A stretch of 64,000 bases of DNA. It comes from Longimicrobiales bacterium (lineage in GTDB: Bacteria > Gemmatimonadota > Gemmatimonadetes > Longimicrobiales > Gaopeijiaceae). The translations under genes and the position numbers were made by a program. The notes beneath the pieces were generated by a model. It ran no database searches. It was not told the origin of the DNA and was given only the letters and a program-made list of their open reading frames with translations. Position 1 is the first letter of the stretch. Every line of letters starts with the position of its first letter. This document shows positions 1 through 12,126 of the stretch, one piece after another. The stretch covers positions 416,001 to 480,000 of the forward strand of contig CBDCKN010000009.1 in NCBI GenBank assembly GCA_965218295.1. Direction: 5' to 3'.

Positions 1-2
1 AG

Positions 3-1966
<1,964 letters not shown>

Positions 1967-2004
1967 TCAATCCTCATCATGAGAAGGCGAAAAAGACTCT
2001 CGTA

Positions 2005-2955
2005 TCAGTTGGTCCTCGTCACCGAGGCGACGAAGAGCAGGGGGCCCGACGCCTCGGGCCGGGCCGGAATGGGCTGGTAGGTGAAACAGGAAAACCCGGC
2101 CTCCCGGCTCCAGCCCGCCAGCGTGGCCTCGTCGAAGCCGGGCCAGACTTGGCCCATGTCCTCGAGAAAAGCCTCCCGTGAGTGCAGCCTCATGTCTACC
2201 ATCAGCAGTCGGCCGCCGGGCGTGAGGGCTCGGCATGCCTCCTTCAGCACCGCCACGGGCTCCACGACGTAGTTGAGCACCAGGAGCAGGACCGCCAGGT
2301 CTACCTCCGCGTCGGCCAGGGGGAGATCCTCCAGCTCGCCCCGCCGCAGCTCCACGTTCGGGAAGCTGTCCAACCGGTACCGCGCGGCCTCGAGCATCTC
2401 CTGGGAGCCGTCCACGGCGATAACGCGCTCCACGAACGGTGCCACGCGCACGCTGAAGTGTCCCGTGCCGACGCCCAGATCGGCCACGGCCCAGCACGGG
2501 TCCAGAAAACCGAAGAGCGGAAGCAGCTCCGAGTCGGCGCCGAAGAGGTCGTCCCGGAGGGAATCCCATCGGTGGGCCGAAGACGCGAAGAACTCCTTGG
2601 AGCGCTCACGTCGCTCGGCGAGCACCGCCCGGGCTCTCTCCACGTCCTCCTCGGTGTAGCCGGCTGACACTACGTCGGGTCGGACCAGCTCCCACAGCTC
2701 GCGGGCGGCATCGTGCAGGTCCGGTGCCATACGGTAGTGTCGGCTCGTCCCGCTGGATCTGGACGTGACCCAGCCATCGTCGGCCAGGACCTTGAGGTGA
2801 CGGCTCACAGTCGACTGGGGAAGCTGGAATACCTTCACCAGCTCCGAGACGGTGAAGTCACCCTGCTCCAGCAGCACCAGGATGCGGCTACGCGCCAGAT
2901 CGCCCAGCGCGCTCATTCGGTCGAAGACCCGGGGTTCCGTCAGCACAGTATCCAT
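2005..2955 (-). CDS. ArsR-family HTH fused to a SAM-binding methyltransferase-like domain (SahR-like regulator)
   Basis: N-terminal ArsR HTH (LPQSTVSRHLKVL), C-terminal class I MTase fold (ADLGVGTG), directly upstream of ahcY. Start placed at ATG 2955. Confidence 0.85.
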   Translation of the reverse strand: MDTVLTEPRVFDRMSALGDLARSRILVLLEQGDFTVSELVKVFQLPQSTVSRHLKVLADDGWVTSRSSGTSRHYRMAPDLHDAARELWELVRPDVVSAGYTEEDVERARAVLAERRERSKEFFASSAHRWDSLRDDLFGADSELLPLFGFLDPCWAVADLGVGTGHFSVRVAPFVERVIAVDGSQEMLEAARYRLDSFPNVELRRGELEDLPLADAEVDLAVLLLVLNYVVEPVAVLKEACRALTPGGRLLMVDMRLHSREAFLEDMGQVWPGFDEATLAGWSREAGFSCFTYQPIPARPEASGPLLFVASVTRTN

Positions 2956-2975
2956 AAATCCGGATATAATGATAT
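2956..2975. promoter_or_regulatory. candidate SahR-type operator, ATATC-N10-GATTT on the minus strand
   Basis: 20-bp AT-rich imperfect palindrome abutting the start codon of the SahR-like gene. Confidence 0.6.
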
Positions 2976-3052
2976 AATAAGCTCCCACGGGCCGCAAGGT
3001 GGATCCGGTGAGGGTGCTGGCTGAATGAGGGGACGGGCCGCGACCGCTCGCC

Positions 3053-4087
3053 TCAGAGGCTCGCGGTAACCGTCCCTTCCGGGGCGCGGCAGCGGAACGA
3101 GTTCAGGATGGTCTCGAGCTGCAGGATGTACTGGTATTTGTCTCTGCCCGGTGCGTAGAGCCAGGCATCGACCAGGTAGTCCCGGCCCTGGTGCGGGCAA
3201 GGAATGGTCCGGGTGATCATGGGTCCGCCCGCCGGGAAAAGGTCTTCGGGCGGGTTGGCCCAGACGGCCCGGACCTCGTCCATGATGACGTCACCCTGCT
3301 GGAGTCGGCGCGTCTGAGCCAGCGAGAGGTCCAGAACCTGGGGATATCCGAAGTGGCCGTCGGCCACCTCCTGGCGCCATGCCAGAAGCTCGTCTTCGCT
3401 GATTCCCTCGGGTGAATACGTCCGCCAGGTGACCGTGATCTGCCGGATGAGCTCGGACGGATCCGGATTGTCGTTACGGAACATGAACACCGAATCCTCT
3501 TGCCTCCGCTTATACAGCTGGGGCAGCACGATGCTGAACTGGGCCAGATCCCAGAGGGAGTCAGCGAGTGCCTCGTTCCGGCCCGACATGAACATCCGCC
3601 GCCTCACCCACTCGCGATACTGGCCGTCCAGCAGGTCGTGGAGGCGCTCCATGACCGGCTCGGCTCCCGCAGCGTCGCCGGACGTGAGCAGCAGGACGGT
3701 TACGGTCTGACCTCGGGCCCACACGTCCTCCACCTGGAATAGCTCCGGGGGATCGAACGAGGTGCGCCTCGTGAGAGCCAGCGCCTCGGTCATCCAGGGG
3801 TCGTCGGCCGCTCCGATGAGGAGGAGCTGCCGAAAGAGCTGCAGCCTCTCCCACTCGGGCCGGAAGGGGTCCTGATACGTGACTACGAAGGTCTTCTCTG
3901 GGCGCACGGTCACGATCCGCGCCTCGAGGGTCGACTCCACCAGGTCCGAGACGGCTGCCCACTGCTCCTCCGACGTGCCGACAATGATGCTGTTGAACTC
4001 CCCCCACGACCTGGGTCGCTCGCACGCGGAGAGGGAGAGGAGGAAGGCGAGGGCGGCGAGGGAGAGCAGAGTCGAGATTTTGCGCAT
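3053..4087 (-). CDS. lipoprotein, DUF4837-like
   Basis: Lipobox signal MRKISTLLSLAALAFLLSLSAC. C-terminal GGPM...DAWLYAPGRDK...QLETILNSF resembles DUF4837. Confidence 0.65.
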   Translation of the reverse strand: MRKISTLLSLAALAFLLSLSACERPRSWGEFNSIIVGTSEEQWAAVSDLVESTLEARIVTVRPEKTFVVTYQDPFRPEWERLQLFRQLLLIGAADDPWMTEALALTRRTSFDPPELFQVEDVWARGQTVTVLLLTSGDAAGAEPVMERLHDLLDGQYREWVRRRMFMSGRNEALADSLWDLAQFSIVLPQLYKRRQEDSVFMFRNDNPDPSELIRQITVTWRTYSPEGISEDELLAWRQEVADGHFGYPQVLDLSLAQTRRLQQGDVIMDEVRAVWANPPEDLFPAGGPMITRTIPCPHQGRDYLVDAWLYAPGRDKYQYILQLETILNSFRCRAPEGTVTASL

Positions 4088-4396
4088 GGTCCGCGATCGG
4101 ATGAGGGAAAGCAGGCACTTCTCAGAGTACCGTGCCCGCCTCCCCTCCGTTCCCGTGGCCATTCGCTCCTCGTGGGACGCTGTGCTGACTGTGCCGCGTG
4201 GGCGCTCGTACGCACCCTCCTCGTTCGTGTGTGGCGCTTCTGGTAAGTGCCCTGTTCGTTCCTCAGTCTACCGCCGCTGTGATCAGTCGCGTCGCGAGGG
4301 CGAGCACTCGGGCCACGATCCCGGCTGGCCCGTATCGGGGTTGATGCCCGCTGGCGATCCGGTCGGGGGAAACAACCGGAATTGAAGCCACCGGAA

Positions 4397-4556
4397 CTAG
4401 TGTCCCGTTACCAAAGTTCTCGGCCAGTCGAGGGCACGGTGCATCCGTGGGCTCGGCGTTGGGACTCCTTGCCGTAGCTAGCGCTACGCCGCGTCGTCCC
4501 GCCTTGATCCCACGGTGCCCCGGCCCTCTTGGTGGCTCGCGAACTTCGGAAACGGA
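4397..4556. repeat. CTAG-bounded miniature palindromic repeat (MITE-like), copy 1, right end truncated
   Basis: Near-identical to 51770-51937; related to 40653-40863 in inverted orientation. Confidence 0.85.
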
Positions 4557-4565
4557 GGCCGGGCC

Positions 4566-7232
4566 CTACTCGCTCCTCAACGACGTCATAGGGTCGATAC
4601 GGCTGGCGCGCCGGGCCGGGAGGGCCGAGGCCAAGAGGGCCACTGCGCCGAGCAGGACCGTGACAGCCGCGTAGGCCTTGAGGTCGAAGGGCTCCACGCC
4701 GAACAACAGGCTGGCGAACAGGCGGGTCGAGGCCGCTGCACCCAGCGGCCCGATGACGAGTCCGAGCACGGTCATCAACATGCCCTGGGAGACGATGAGG
4801 CTCAGAACGTCTCGCCGGGTGGCGCCCAGAGCCATGCGGATGCCTACTTCTTGGCGCCGCTGGGTCACGGCGTAGCTTAGCACCCCGTGGACGCCGAGGA
4901 GCGCCAGGAAGAGGGCGATGGCGGAGAAGACCGCCAGCACCACTCCGGCGAAGCGCTCCCTGGCCGTGGCGTCGCGAAGTGTCTCATCCATGGTCGACAC
5001 GTTGAAGACCGCCAGGTCCCGATCCAGCGACCAGATAGTTTCTCTCACCGACGCGGCCATGACGCCGGGATCCCCGGTGGTCTCGACCATCAAAGTGGTC
5101 GAGGTGATGCGGGGTGGGGCCTGATACATATTGGCGTACATGGCCGGGGGCGCTTCGGTGTCCAGGCCGTGGATCCGCTCGTTCTCGACGATGCCGATGA
5201 TCTCTCTCGGGATGGGTCCCCAGAAACTGAGGGTCGATCCCAGGGCGTCGCCGTCGGGGAAGTAGCGCTCCGCTGCAGCACGGTTGATGACCACGACGAG
5301 AGGCATGTCCGTGTCGTCGGTGGCGTCCATCTGTCGGCCGGCCACAAGCTGCAAGCCTACGGTCTTGAAGTAGCCGGGAGTCACGATGCGGGTGGTCATC
5401 TCCCCTTGGCTCGGGTCCACCGGCTGGCTGTTGATGGAGAAGCTGTTTGTGAAGCCTGCGTCCAGGGGATGATTCGTGGTCACGGCCGCCGACTCCGCAC
5501 CCGGAAGGGCCTCGACCAAGTCGATGAGCTGGTGATTGAAGCCGTTCACCTCGACCCAGTTGGGCCAGACCGAGAAATCCCTTGGATAACGGGACCCTGG
5601 GAGCACGAAGTCCATTCGCAGCGCGTTTGCGGGCCGGAACCCGGGGTCCACGCTCTGGAGGTTCACTAGGGTCGTGATGAATAGGCCGGCCGACACGAGC
5701 AGGATCACGGCCATGGCGATCTGACCCGACACGAGGAACCGGCGCACGGGCATCTTGGATCCCGCCCCCCCCCCTCCCTGCGATCGGCCTTCCTTGAGCT
5801 GATCCTGGAGGTTCAGTCGAGACGCCTGCACCGTGGGCAGAAGACCGAAAACCAAGCCGATGGCGGTGCTCACGAGAAGCGCGAACGCCAGGGCGGTCCG
5901 GTCCACGTTGACGTCGCCCAGGGTGAGGAGCTCGGCTGGGGCCAGTGCGAGGAGCGCTCTGGTTCCGAGGACGGCCAGGGCGATTCCACCCGCGGCGGCG
6001 ATAGCGGCCAGGGAGAGGCTCTCGACCAGGAATCGCCGGGCGAGGCGGAGCCGGTCGGCGCCGAGCGCCACGTATACGGCCGTCTCCCGTGCGCGGGCCG
6101 CGCCGCGGGCCAGCAGCAGGTTGGCCACGTTTGCGCACGCGATAAGAAAGCACGGTGAAGACGGCGGCGAAGAGCACCCACGGGGTCAGGCGAACGTCGC
6201 CACGTAAGTACTCGGAGATGGGCTCTACGAAGGCCTCCCGGTTCCGGTTGGCCGGGTATTCACTCTCGAGCTCCTGGGCGATCCTGGTCATCTCGCCCTG
6301 GGCTTGCGGCACCGAGACCCCGGGCGCCAAGCGGCCCATGACCCGAACCCAGTGCGGATTCCGGGCTGCCGTGGCGATCGACTGCTGGATGGGTGCCCAG
6401 ATGTCCGTATCCTTGGTCGGGAAGTCTAATCCGGCCGGAAGCACGCCGATGATGGTTGCCGGTCGGTCGTCGATGGAGACCGTGCTTCCCAGCACACCGG
6501 GGTCCGCCTCGAAGGATGTCCTCCAGAGCCGGTCGCTCAGCACGATGACCGTAGGGCCGCCCTGGCACGTCTTCCGCCTCGGAGATCCCTCTCCCCAGCT
6601 GGAGGCTGACGCCCAGCACGTCGTCCAGGTTGTGGGGTTACGACGGCAGAGTTGAGCCAGTGTGGCTCGTCGTCCCCACGGGTGAGATTGCCCGCCCCCT
6701 GCCCGACCATGGCCAGGGACTCGAACGAGCGGCTCCGCTCCACGAAGTCGAAGTAGTCGGCCGTGGAGGCATTCTCGCGGATCGTGCCGGTGGCGCGATC
6801 ATTCTGCCAGACGACGGTGAGGTCGTCGGCGTCGTGATAGGGGAGAGGCGCAAGGAGGACGCCGTTCACGATGGAGAAGATGGCCGTCGTGGCCCCGATC
6901 CCCAGGGCGAGAGTCACGGCCACCACCGTGCTGAAGCCCCAGTTCTTCACGAGGGTCCGGAATGCGAGCCGTGCGTCCTGTCCCAAGGAGTCCATCATCG
7001 TCGTCCACCCCCGTGGTTCCACCCGTTGCCGTGAGTACTTCCTGCAGGCTGCCTCTACCGTCGTGTAGTCACCGAAGCGCCGCATCACCTCTCTTCTGGC
7101 TCGGTCTTCCGACCAGCCGTCCCGCACCAGCTCCCCCACCTTCTCCTCGATGTGGAAGCGCAGCTCTTCTTCCACGTCTTCTGCGATGACGCGCTCAGGA
7201 GAGAGCATGCCCTTCAGTTGTCGCCAGACCAT
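4566..7232 (-). pseudogene. duplicated ABC permease (MacB/FtsX-type, ADOP family), frameshifted
   Basis: Consecutive ORFs 6537-7232, 4984-6543 (N-terminal part) and 4566-6128 give one permease: 'EEELRFHIE', 'LALGIGATTAIFS', 'NVANLLLAR', 'EVGIRMALGA', 'PARRASRIDPM'. Frame changes near 6630, 6560 and 6140. Confidence 0.85.
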
Positions 7233-7265
7233 GCTCGGCCCCCCTTCGTCCGCCCCTAGAGCCGG

Positions 7266-7613
7266 TTACTCGGTCCACGCGGGGCCGAGCCTCAGAACCG
7301 AGGCCACGGCGTTGGCATGGCTCATCCACCTCTCTACTTCCCGCTCGAGGTGGCTGCGGCCCTTCTTGGTGAGCTCGTAGAACTTGGCTCGGCGCCGGGT
7401 CTCCGAGATGCCCCAGCTGCCCTGCACGAGCTCGTCTCGCTCGAGGCGGTGGAGGGCGGGGTAGAGCGCTCCCTCCTCAACCTTGAGCGCGTCCTCCGTG
7501 TCGGCGTGGATCTGGCGGCTGATAGCCAGGCCGTGGAGGGGGCCCTCGGCCAACGTCCGGAGGACCAGCAGGTTCAGCGTTCCGTAGAGGGTATCCGATT
7601 CGATGTTGCCTAC
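7266..7613 (-). CDS. PadR-family transcriptional regulator
   Basis: 'YGTLNLLVLRTLAEGPLHGLAI...EEGALYPALHRLE'. Homology runs upstream of TTG 7553 to a GTA codon at 7613 preceded by GGGAG. Confidence 0.85.
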   Translation of the reverse strand, partial: VGNIESDTLYGTLNLLVLRTLAEGPLHGLAISRQIHADTEDALKVEEGALYPALHRLERDELVQGSWGISETRRRAKFYELTKKGRSHLEREVERWMSHANAVASVLRLGPAWTE

Positions 7614-7669
7614 CGTAGCACTCCCGTTTGGCGGTGTCGCGATCGCTCTCCTCAGCGGCTTAGGGCAAG

Positions 7670-8302
7670 CTAGGAGTCTTCTCCGAAGCTGTCAAGGACC
7701 GGCGTCTCTTCCTGCTCCGCCCCCGGAGAGAACGAAACAAAGCGGATGCCGGCCCCGAAAAGAGCCCCTGCCAGACCCTCGGACTCCTCGTCGACCGCAA
7801 GAACCGTCTCGGCCTCCCACTCGAGCCCCTCCTCGGAGACGGTCATCGGTAGTCCTGGCAGCCGGCTCCAGATGTCGGTGAAGGCCGCTTTGATCTCCTC
7901 ATCCGCCTGCTCCTGAATGGGATGATCCGCGCCGTACCCGTAAAGGGTTCCGAGGCGCTTCTCCATGAGGAGAAGGTTGTTGACCACGTCATCCTCCGCG
8001 GACCACCCGAACCTATCCCAGTCGATCCGTCCACCAGCGCTGAAGACCACCCCCTCATCTTTCAGGAGAGCGCGTTGGACCTGGGCGATATGGTGGATAG
8101 AAGACGTCGAGATCCTCCCGGTGCTGCTCACGACCCGCCACCACGGGACGTCCTGGTCGTCGGGGAGAGCCGACAGCGCTCCGCCCACGGCCCTGGGAGC
8201 CCGGGGTCGACCGGCCATGGCCGCGACGTCGCCATACGAGAGAATGCGGCCTGGGGGGATGGCCGCCACGACCGCGTAAACGCGTCGCGTGAAGCGTGTC
8301 AT
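7670..8302 (-). CDS. alkyltransferase-like (ATL/MGMT-family) DNA-binding protein with a C-terminal extension
   Basis: IPPGRILSYGDVA...PRAVG...VPWWRVV; Trp replaces the catalytic Cys of PCHRV. Confidence 0.8.
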   Translation of the reverse strand: MTRFTRRVYAVVAAIPPGRILSYGDVAAMAGRPRAPRAVGGALSALPDDQDVPWWRVVSSTGRISTSSIHHIAQVQRALLKDEGVVFSAGGRIDWDRFGWSAEDDVVNNLLLMEKRLGTLYGYGADHPIQEQADEEIKAAFTDIWSRLPGLPMTVSEEGLEWEAETVLAVDEESEGLAGALFGAGIRFVSFSPGAEQEETPVLDSFGEDS

Positions 8303-8481
8303 GCGTCGTGACTCGATGGTGGTTGGGGTGATGGCCGCGCTCCCGTGTGTCCGCTAAAGTGTGATGGCTGCACTCTCGTGGGCTCCGATGTAAGTTGACC
8401 GACACGAGAGGGTGAGCCGAGTTCACGCGCAAGCCCCCTGCACACGTCCATTCGTCGACCGTTCACCAATAACCGTTCTTC

Positions 8482-8787
8482 GTGAGAATCATCGGTCTCT
8501 CCCTGACGCTGCTCCTGCTCTTCGGGATCGCCTATCTTGTCGTGGTGGTGGCCGCCGTGCGTCAGTTCTGGCTCGCCGCTCTTGTCATCTTCTCCGGCCG
8601 TGCCGCCCTGACTTACTGGGGCGCCCGGGTGGGGCTCGCCCGCGCGGGAGCGTCGGCCGACATCCGTCACAAGACGTGGCAGGGCCTCCTCTCCCAGCGC
8701 GCAGTGACGCTGGGACTCGTGCTCCTGGGCATGGGCTTGCCCTCCGCTCTTCATGAGGAGTCACCGGTAGCGGTGGTGGCGAGCTAG
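8482..8787 (+). CDS. small membrane protein, hypothetical
   Basis: About three hydrophobic segments; abuts the CDF gene start. Confidence 0.5.
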   Translation: MRIIGLSLTLLLLFGIAYLVVVVAAVRQFWLAALVIFSGRAALTYWGARVGLARAGASADIRHKTWQGLLSQRAVTLGLVLLGMGLPSALHEESPVAVVAS

Positions 8788-9748
8788 ATGCCTCACGTTC
8801 ACGGATCCTCGTACCGTCACGCCTTCGGCGCCCACAGGCACGACGTCGAAAACGGCGGTCTGGATCGGCGCTCTCAAGCGAGCCGGCTGTGGATCGTGCT
8901 CCTCATCACCGGCGCGTTCATGGTGGCAGAGGTGGTCGGCGGAGCGCTGGCCAACTCCCTGGCCCTCCTGGCCGACGCCGGCCACATGCTCACAGACGTG
9001 CTGGCGCTGGCCCTGTCGCTCATGGCCATGCGTTTTGGCGATGCGTCCGCCGAGCCAGGAGCGCACGTTCGGCTACGTTCGCCTGGAGATTCTGGCGGCC
9101 TTGGTCAACGGAGCGGTCCTTTTGGGGGTCAGCGTGTGGATCGCCTGGGAGGCTTGGGGGCGACTGCGGGCGCCTCAAGACGTGGACGGGCCCTTGATGA
9201 TGGCCGTAGCCGTCCTCGGCCTCATCGTGAACCTGGTGGGCGCCGGCCTCCTGAAGGAGCACGCCAGCGACAACCTCAACGTTCGGGGAGCGTATCTGCA
9301 CGTCCTCGGTGACCTTCTCGGCTCCGTGGGAGCCATCGGAGCCGGCGCCATCATCCTGCTCACCGGATGGACTCCGGCGGATCCTCTGGTCTCCGTGATC
9401 ATCGCAGGGCTGATCCTCCTGGGGGCCTGGCGCCTCGTCCGGGAGGCCACCGAGATCCTCCTGGAGATGGCGCCCCGGCACGTGGACATGACGGCGGTCC
9501 TCAAGGACTTGGAGGCCATCCCGCACCTGGACCACGTGCATGACCTGCACGTCTGGACCCTCACGAGCGGGTTCGTGGCGCTGAGCGGGCACGCCGTCCT
9601 CAAGGACCCCGCTCACCACCAGGGAGTGCTGGACGAGATCCGGGAGCGGATGGGGGAGCGCGGCATCGAGCACGTGACCTTCCAGCTCGAGCCGCGCCGC
9701 CTCCACCAGATCACTCCGGTGAACCGTGAGGGCGAAGTGAGCGGGTAG
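8788..9748 (+). pseudogene. cation diffusion facilitator (CzcD/ZitB-like), one frameshift near 9035
   Basis: SLALLADAGHMLTD in ORF 8788; TFGYVRLEILAA, NVRGAYLHVLGD and HDLHVW in ORF 9035. Confidence 0.88.
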
Positions 9749-10002
9749 GGTGCGGATGAGCGGTCCGCGTCGGTGCCTTCGAAGAGGGCCGTAGGGCGGT
9801 TGGGTGACGGGCCTGAGCGATGCACCGTAATGTTGCGGAGCACGCCGAGGCCGGTATGATGAGGGCCTTCACGGTTCATTGGACCCCCCCAGCGTGAGGG
9901 CGCTTCGAAGGAGCGGTACCATGAGACGCATGCTTTTCCTCCTCGCAGGCCTCGCCGTGGCTCTCCCGATGTCGGTGGCTGAGGGCGGGTAGAAATCAAC
10001 TG

Positions 10003-10529
10003 ATGCGAGACGATACCCTCCTCCCAGTGGGTCGGCCCGGCCTACCGCGGGCGCTATGGCGCTCCCTCGCCCTCATCGCCGTTTCGGCCTCGCTTCTGGG
10101 AGTGGCGTCGGGCGTCGATGCCCAGAACGACGAGGAGCGTGCGGTGATCGAGGCCGTCCCAGGCCATGTTCGACGCCATGGAGGCCCTCGATCCTGGAGC
10201 TTTCCGGGACTCGATGATCCCGGAGGGCTTGCTCACGGCCGTCGGATTCGAGACCACACAGCGGACCACCCGGGAGCAGTTCGCGACTCGCCTGGCGGAT
10301 GTGACGAGCCCCATGTACGAGCGCATGTGGGATCCCGAGGTCCGGGCCGGTGGCGACGCTGTGGGCGCCCTACGACTTCTACCGTGGCCTGGAGTTCAGC
10401 CACTGTGGAACCGACGCCTTCCAGCTCGCCAAGACCCCGGAGGGCTGGAAGGTCGTCTTGGTCAGCTACACGGTGCGGATGCCGCCGGACTGCAGCACCC
10501 ACCCCGACGGGCCCCCGGGAGGTGAGTAG
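10003..10529 (+). pseudogene. secreted NTF2/SnoaL-like protein, two frameshifts
   Basis: Signal peptide; then 'MFDAMEALD...ERMWDPEVR'; then, in the third frame, 'VATLWAPYDFYRGLEFSHCGTDAFQLAKTPEGWKVV...GGE*'. Confidence 0.7.
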
Positions 10530-11031
10530 GGAAGTGCGCGGCTCCGACCGACTGAGGGATCCAGCGACGGGCCTCTCCACCGAGCGGCACTTCGAGATCC
10601 TCTTCGACTTCGTTTTTCCCATCGCACACCGTGGTGTGAATATGACGTTGGTTCTGTTCGGGATCGACGAGGGTTCTTGGGCCGAGGAACAGCCCGACCC
10701 GAAGCAGCAGATAACCGAGCTTGGATCGGCCATCCGCCAGGTCACGAGATCGAGCGATCTGGCCGCTCGCTATGGGGAGGATCTGTTCATCTGTCTTCTG
10801 CCCCTGTGCAACGTCCAGGGCGGCTTGATCTTCGCCGACCGTATCCGCGATGCCATCTCCGACTACACCAGCAAGACCGGAACCACCGTGAGTGCGGCAG
10901 TGGCGAGCTATCGCGGAGACGACGAGGGCACGAAGGAGGACATGCTCCGGGCACTCAAGGGCGCCCTGGTCACCGCCTGGGCTCAGGGCGGAGATCGGGT
11001 GGAAGTACCCAAGGACGCTTGGAACCACTGA
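10522..11031 (+). CDS. stand-alone degenerate GGDEF-domain protein
   Basis: DPATGL...RSSDLAARYGEDLF; GG(D/E)EF is replaced by GEDLF. GTG start at 10522 after GGGAG. Confidence 0.7.
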   Translation: MSREVRGSDRLRDPATGLSTERHFEILFDFVFPIAHRGVNMTLVLFGIDEGSWAEEQPDPKQQITELGSAIRQVTRSSDLAARYGEDLFICLLPLCNVQGGLIFADRIRDAISDYTSKTGTTVSAAVASYRGDDEGTKEDMLRALKGALVTAWAQGGDRVEVPKDAWNH

Positions 11032-11169
11032 GGGTCCCTCGACCCCGCGGGACTAGCGCCCCTACCTCGGCTCCGGCACTTTGGACGGCGCCACAGGATC
11101 AAATGAACTATCCCAATAGTAGAAGCCGGTTCTTCACTTGAGGTTCATGTATCGACGGAGGTAGAAACG

Positions 11170-11817
11170 ATGCGATCGAGTCTTGTAGCACTGATGACGC
11201 TCCTGCTTGCCGTGCCTCTAGCAGCGCAGGAGCCGATGGACGCCGACCGGGAGATCGAGGGCGGGGGTGAGCTGGCCGAGGGTTGGATGGGCCGGACCGA
11301 CAGAGGCCAGAATTTCGACAACGTTCGGTTCAGCGACGAGGGCGGCACGCTCGACATCAGTGTCGGACCTGCCATCGTGCTCTATCGGCCCGAGAACATG
11401 GCGCATGGAAGCTACACGGCGTCGGGCACCTTCGAGCAGCTCAGCTCCAAGGGCCACGGTCACGGCATCGGGTTGATCGTCGGTGGTGACGATCTGCAGG
11501 GCCCGAACCAGGTGTACACGTACTTCCTAGTTCGCGGTGACGGCTACTACATCATCAAGACCAGGACCGGAAGCGAGACCTTCGAGCTGGCTCCGTGGAC
11601 GCCGCACGGATCGATCCATCAGAGTGACGATGCGGGCCACGCCACCAACGACATGTCCGTCGAGGTGGGGGCCGAGGACGTCATCTTCAAGATGAACGGC
11701 CAGGAGGTCCATCGTGAGAAGACGGCCGACATCTACACCGACGGAGTGTGGGGCGTCCGCTTGAACCACAACTTGGACATGCGGATCAAGAACCTCGCAC
11801 TCCACGGGGGGATGTAG
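11170..11817 (+). CDS. secreted hypothetical protein, beta-rich
   Basis: Signal peptide ending LAA-QE; GGAGG RBS; followed by a hairpin. Confidence 0.75.
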   Translation: MRSSLVALMTLLLAVPLAAQEPMDADREIEGGGELAEGWMGRTDRGQNFDNVRFSDEGGTLDISVGPAIVLYRPENMAHGSYTASGTFEQLSSKGHGHGIGLIVGGDDLQGPNQVYTYFLVRGDGYYIIKTRTGSETFELAPWTPHGSIHQSDDAGHATNDMSVEVGAEDVIFKMNGQEVHREKTADIYTDGVWGVRLNHNLDMRIKNLALHGGM

Positions 11818-11847
11818 GCTCGCGCTTATCGTAGGAAGCTGTTTCAG

Positions 11848-11877
11848 GAAGGCCGGGCCGATGTCGGCCCGGCCTTC
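11848..11877 (+). terminator. GC-rich hairpin, probable terminator
   Basis: GAAGGCCGGGCCGA-TG-TCGGCCCGGCCTTC perfect inverted repeat downstream of stop 11817; weak U-tail. Confidence 0.6.
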
Positions 11878-11884
11878 TGCATTA

Positions 11885-12115
11885 CCTGGGAACACCGTTA
11901 CCATCAAGGCCTACCACGTGCCGCGATTCACACTGCTGATCTCGCCCGACGCATTCGCTCTCGGCCGGCCTATCCGCGTCGTGACCAATGGTGAAGTATC
12001 TTTCGAGGGGCGTGTAGAGCCCAGCGTCGCGACCCTCCGGAAGTGGGCGGCGCGAGACCATGACCGAACGATGCTCTTCGCGGCCGAGATCACGGTCGTG
12101 CTGGAGTCGCAATAA
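11885..12115 (+). pseudogene. orphan C-terminal fragment of a larger hydrolase/esterase-like protein
   Basis: 'GNTVTI...FTLLISPD...PIRVVTNG..SFEGRVEPSVATL.KWAARD.DRTMLF.AE' reads as a C-terminal domain; no credible start codon or RBS. Confidence 0.45.
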
Positions 12116-12126
12116 GAGGCAGCGGA

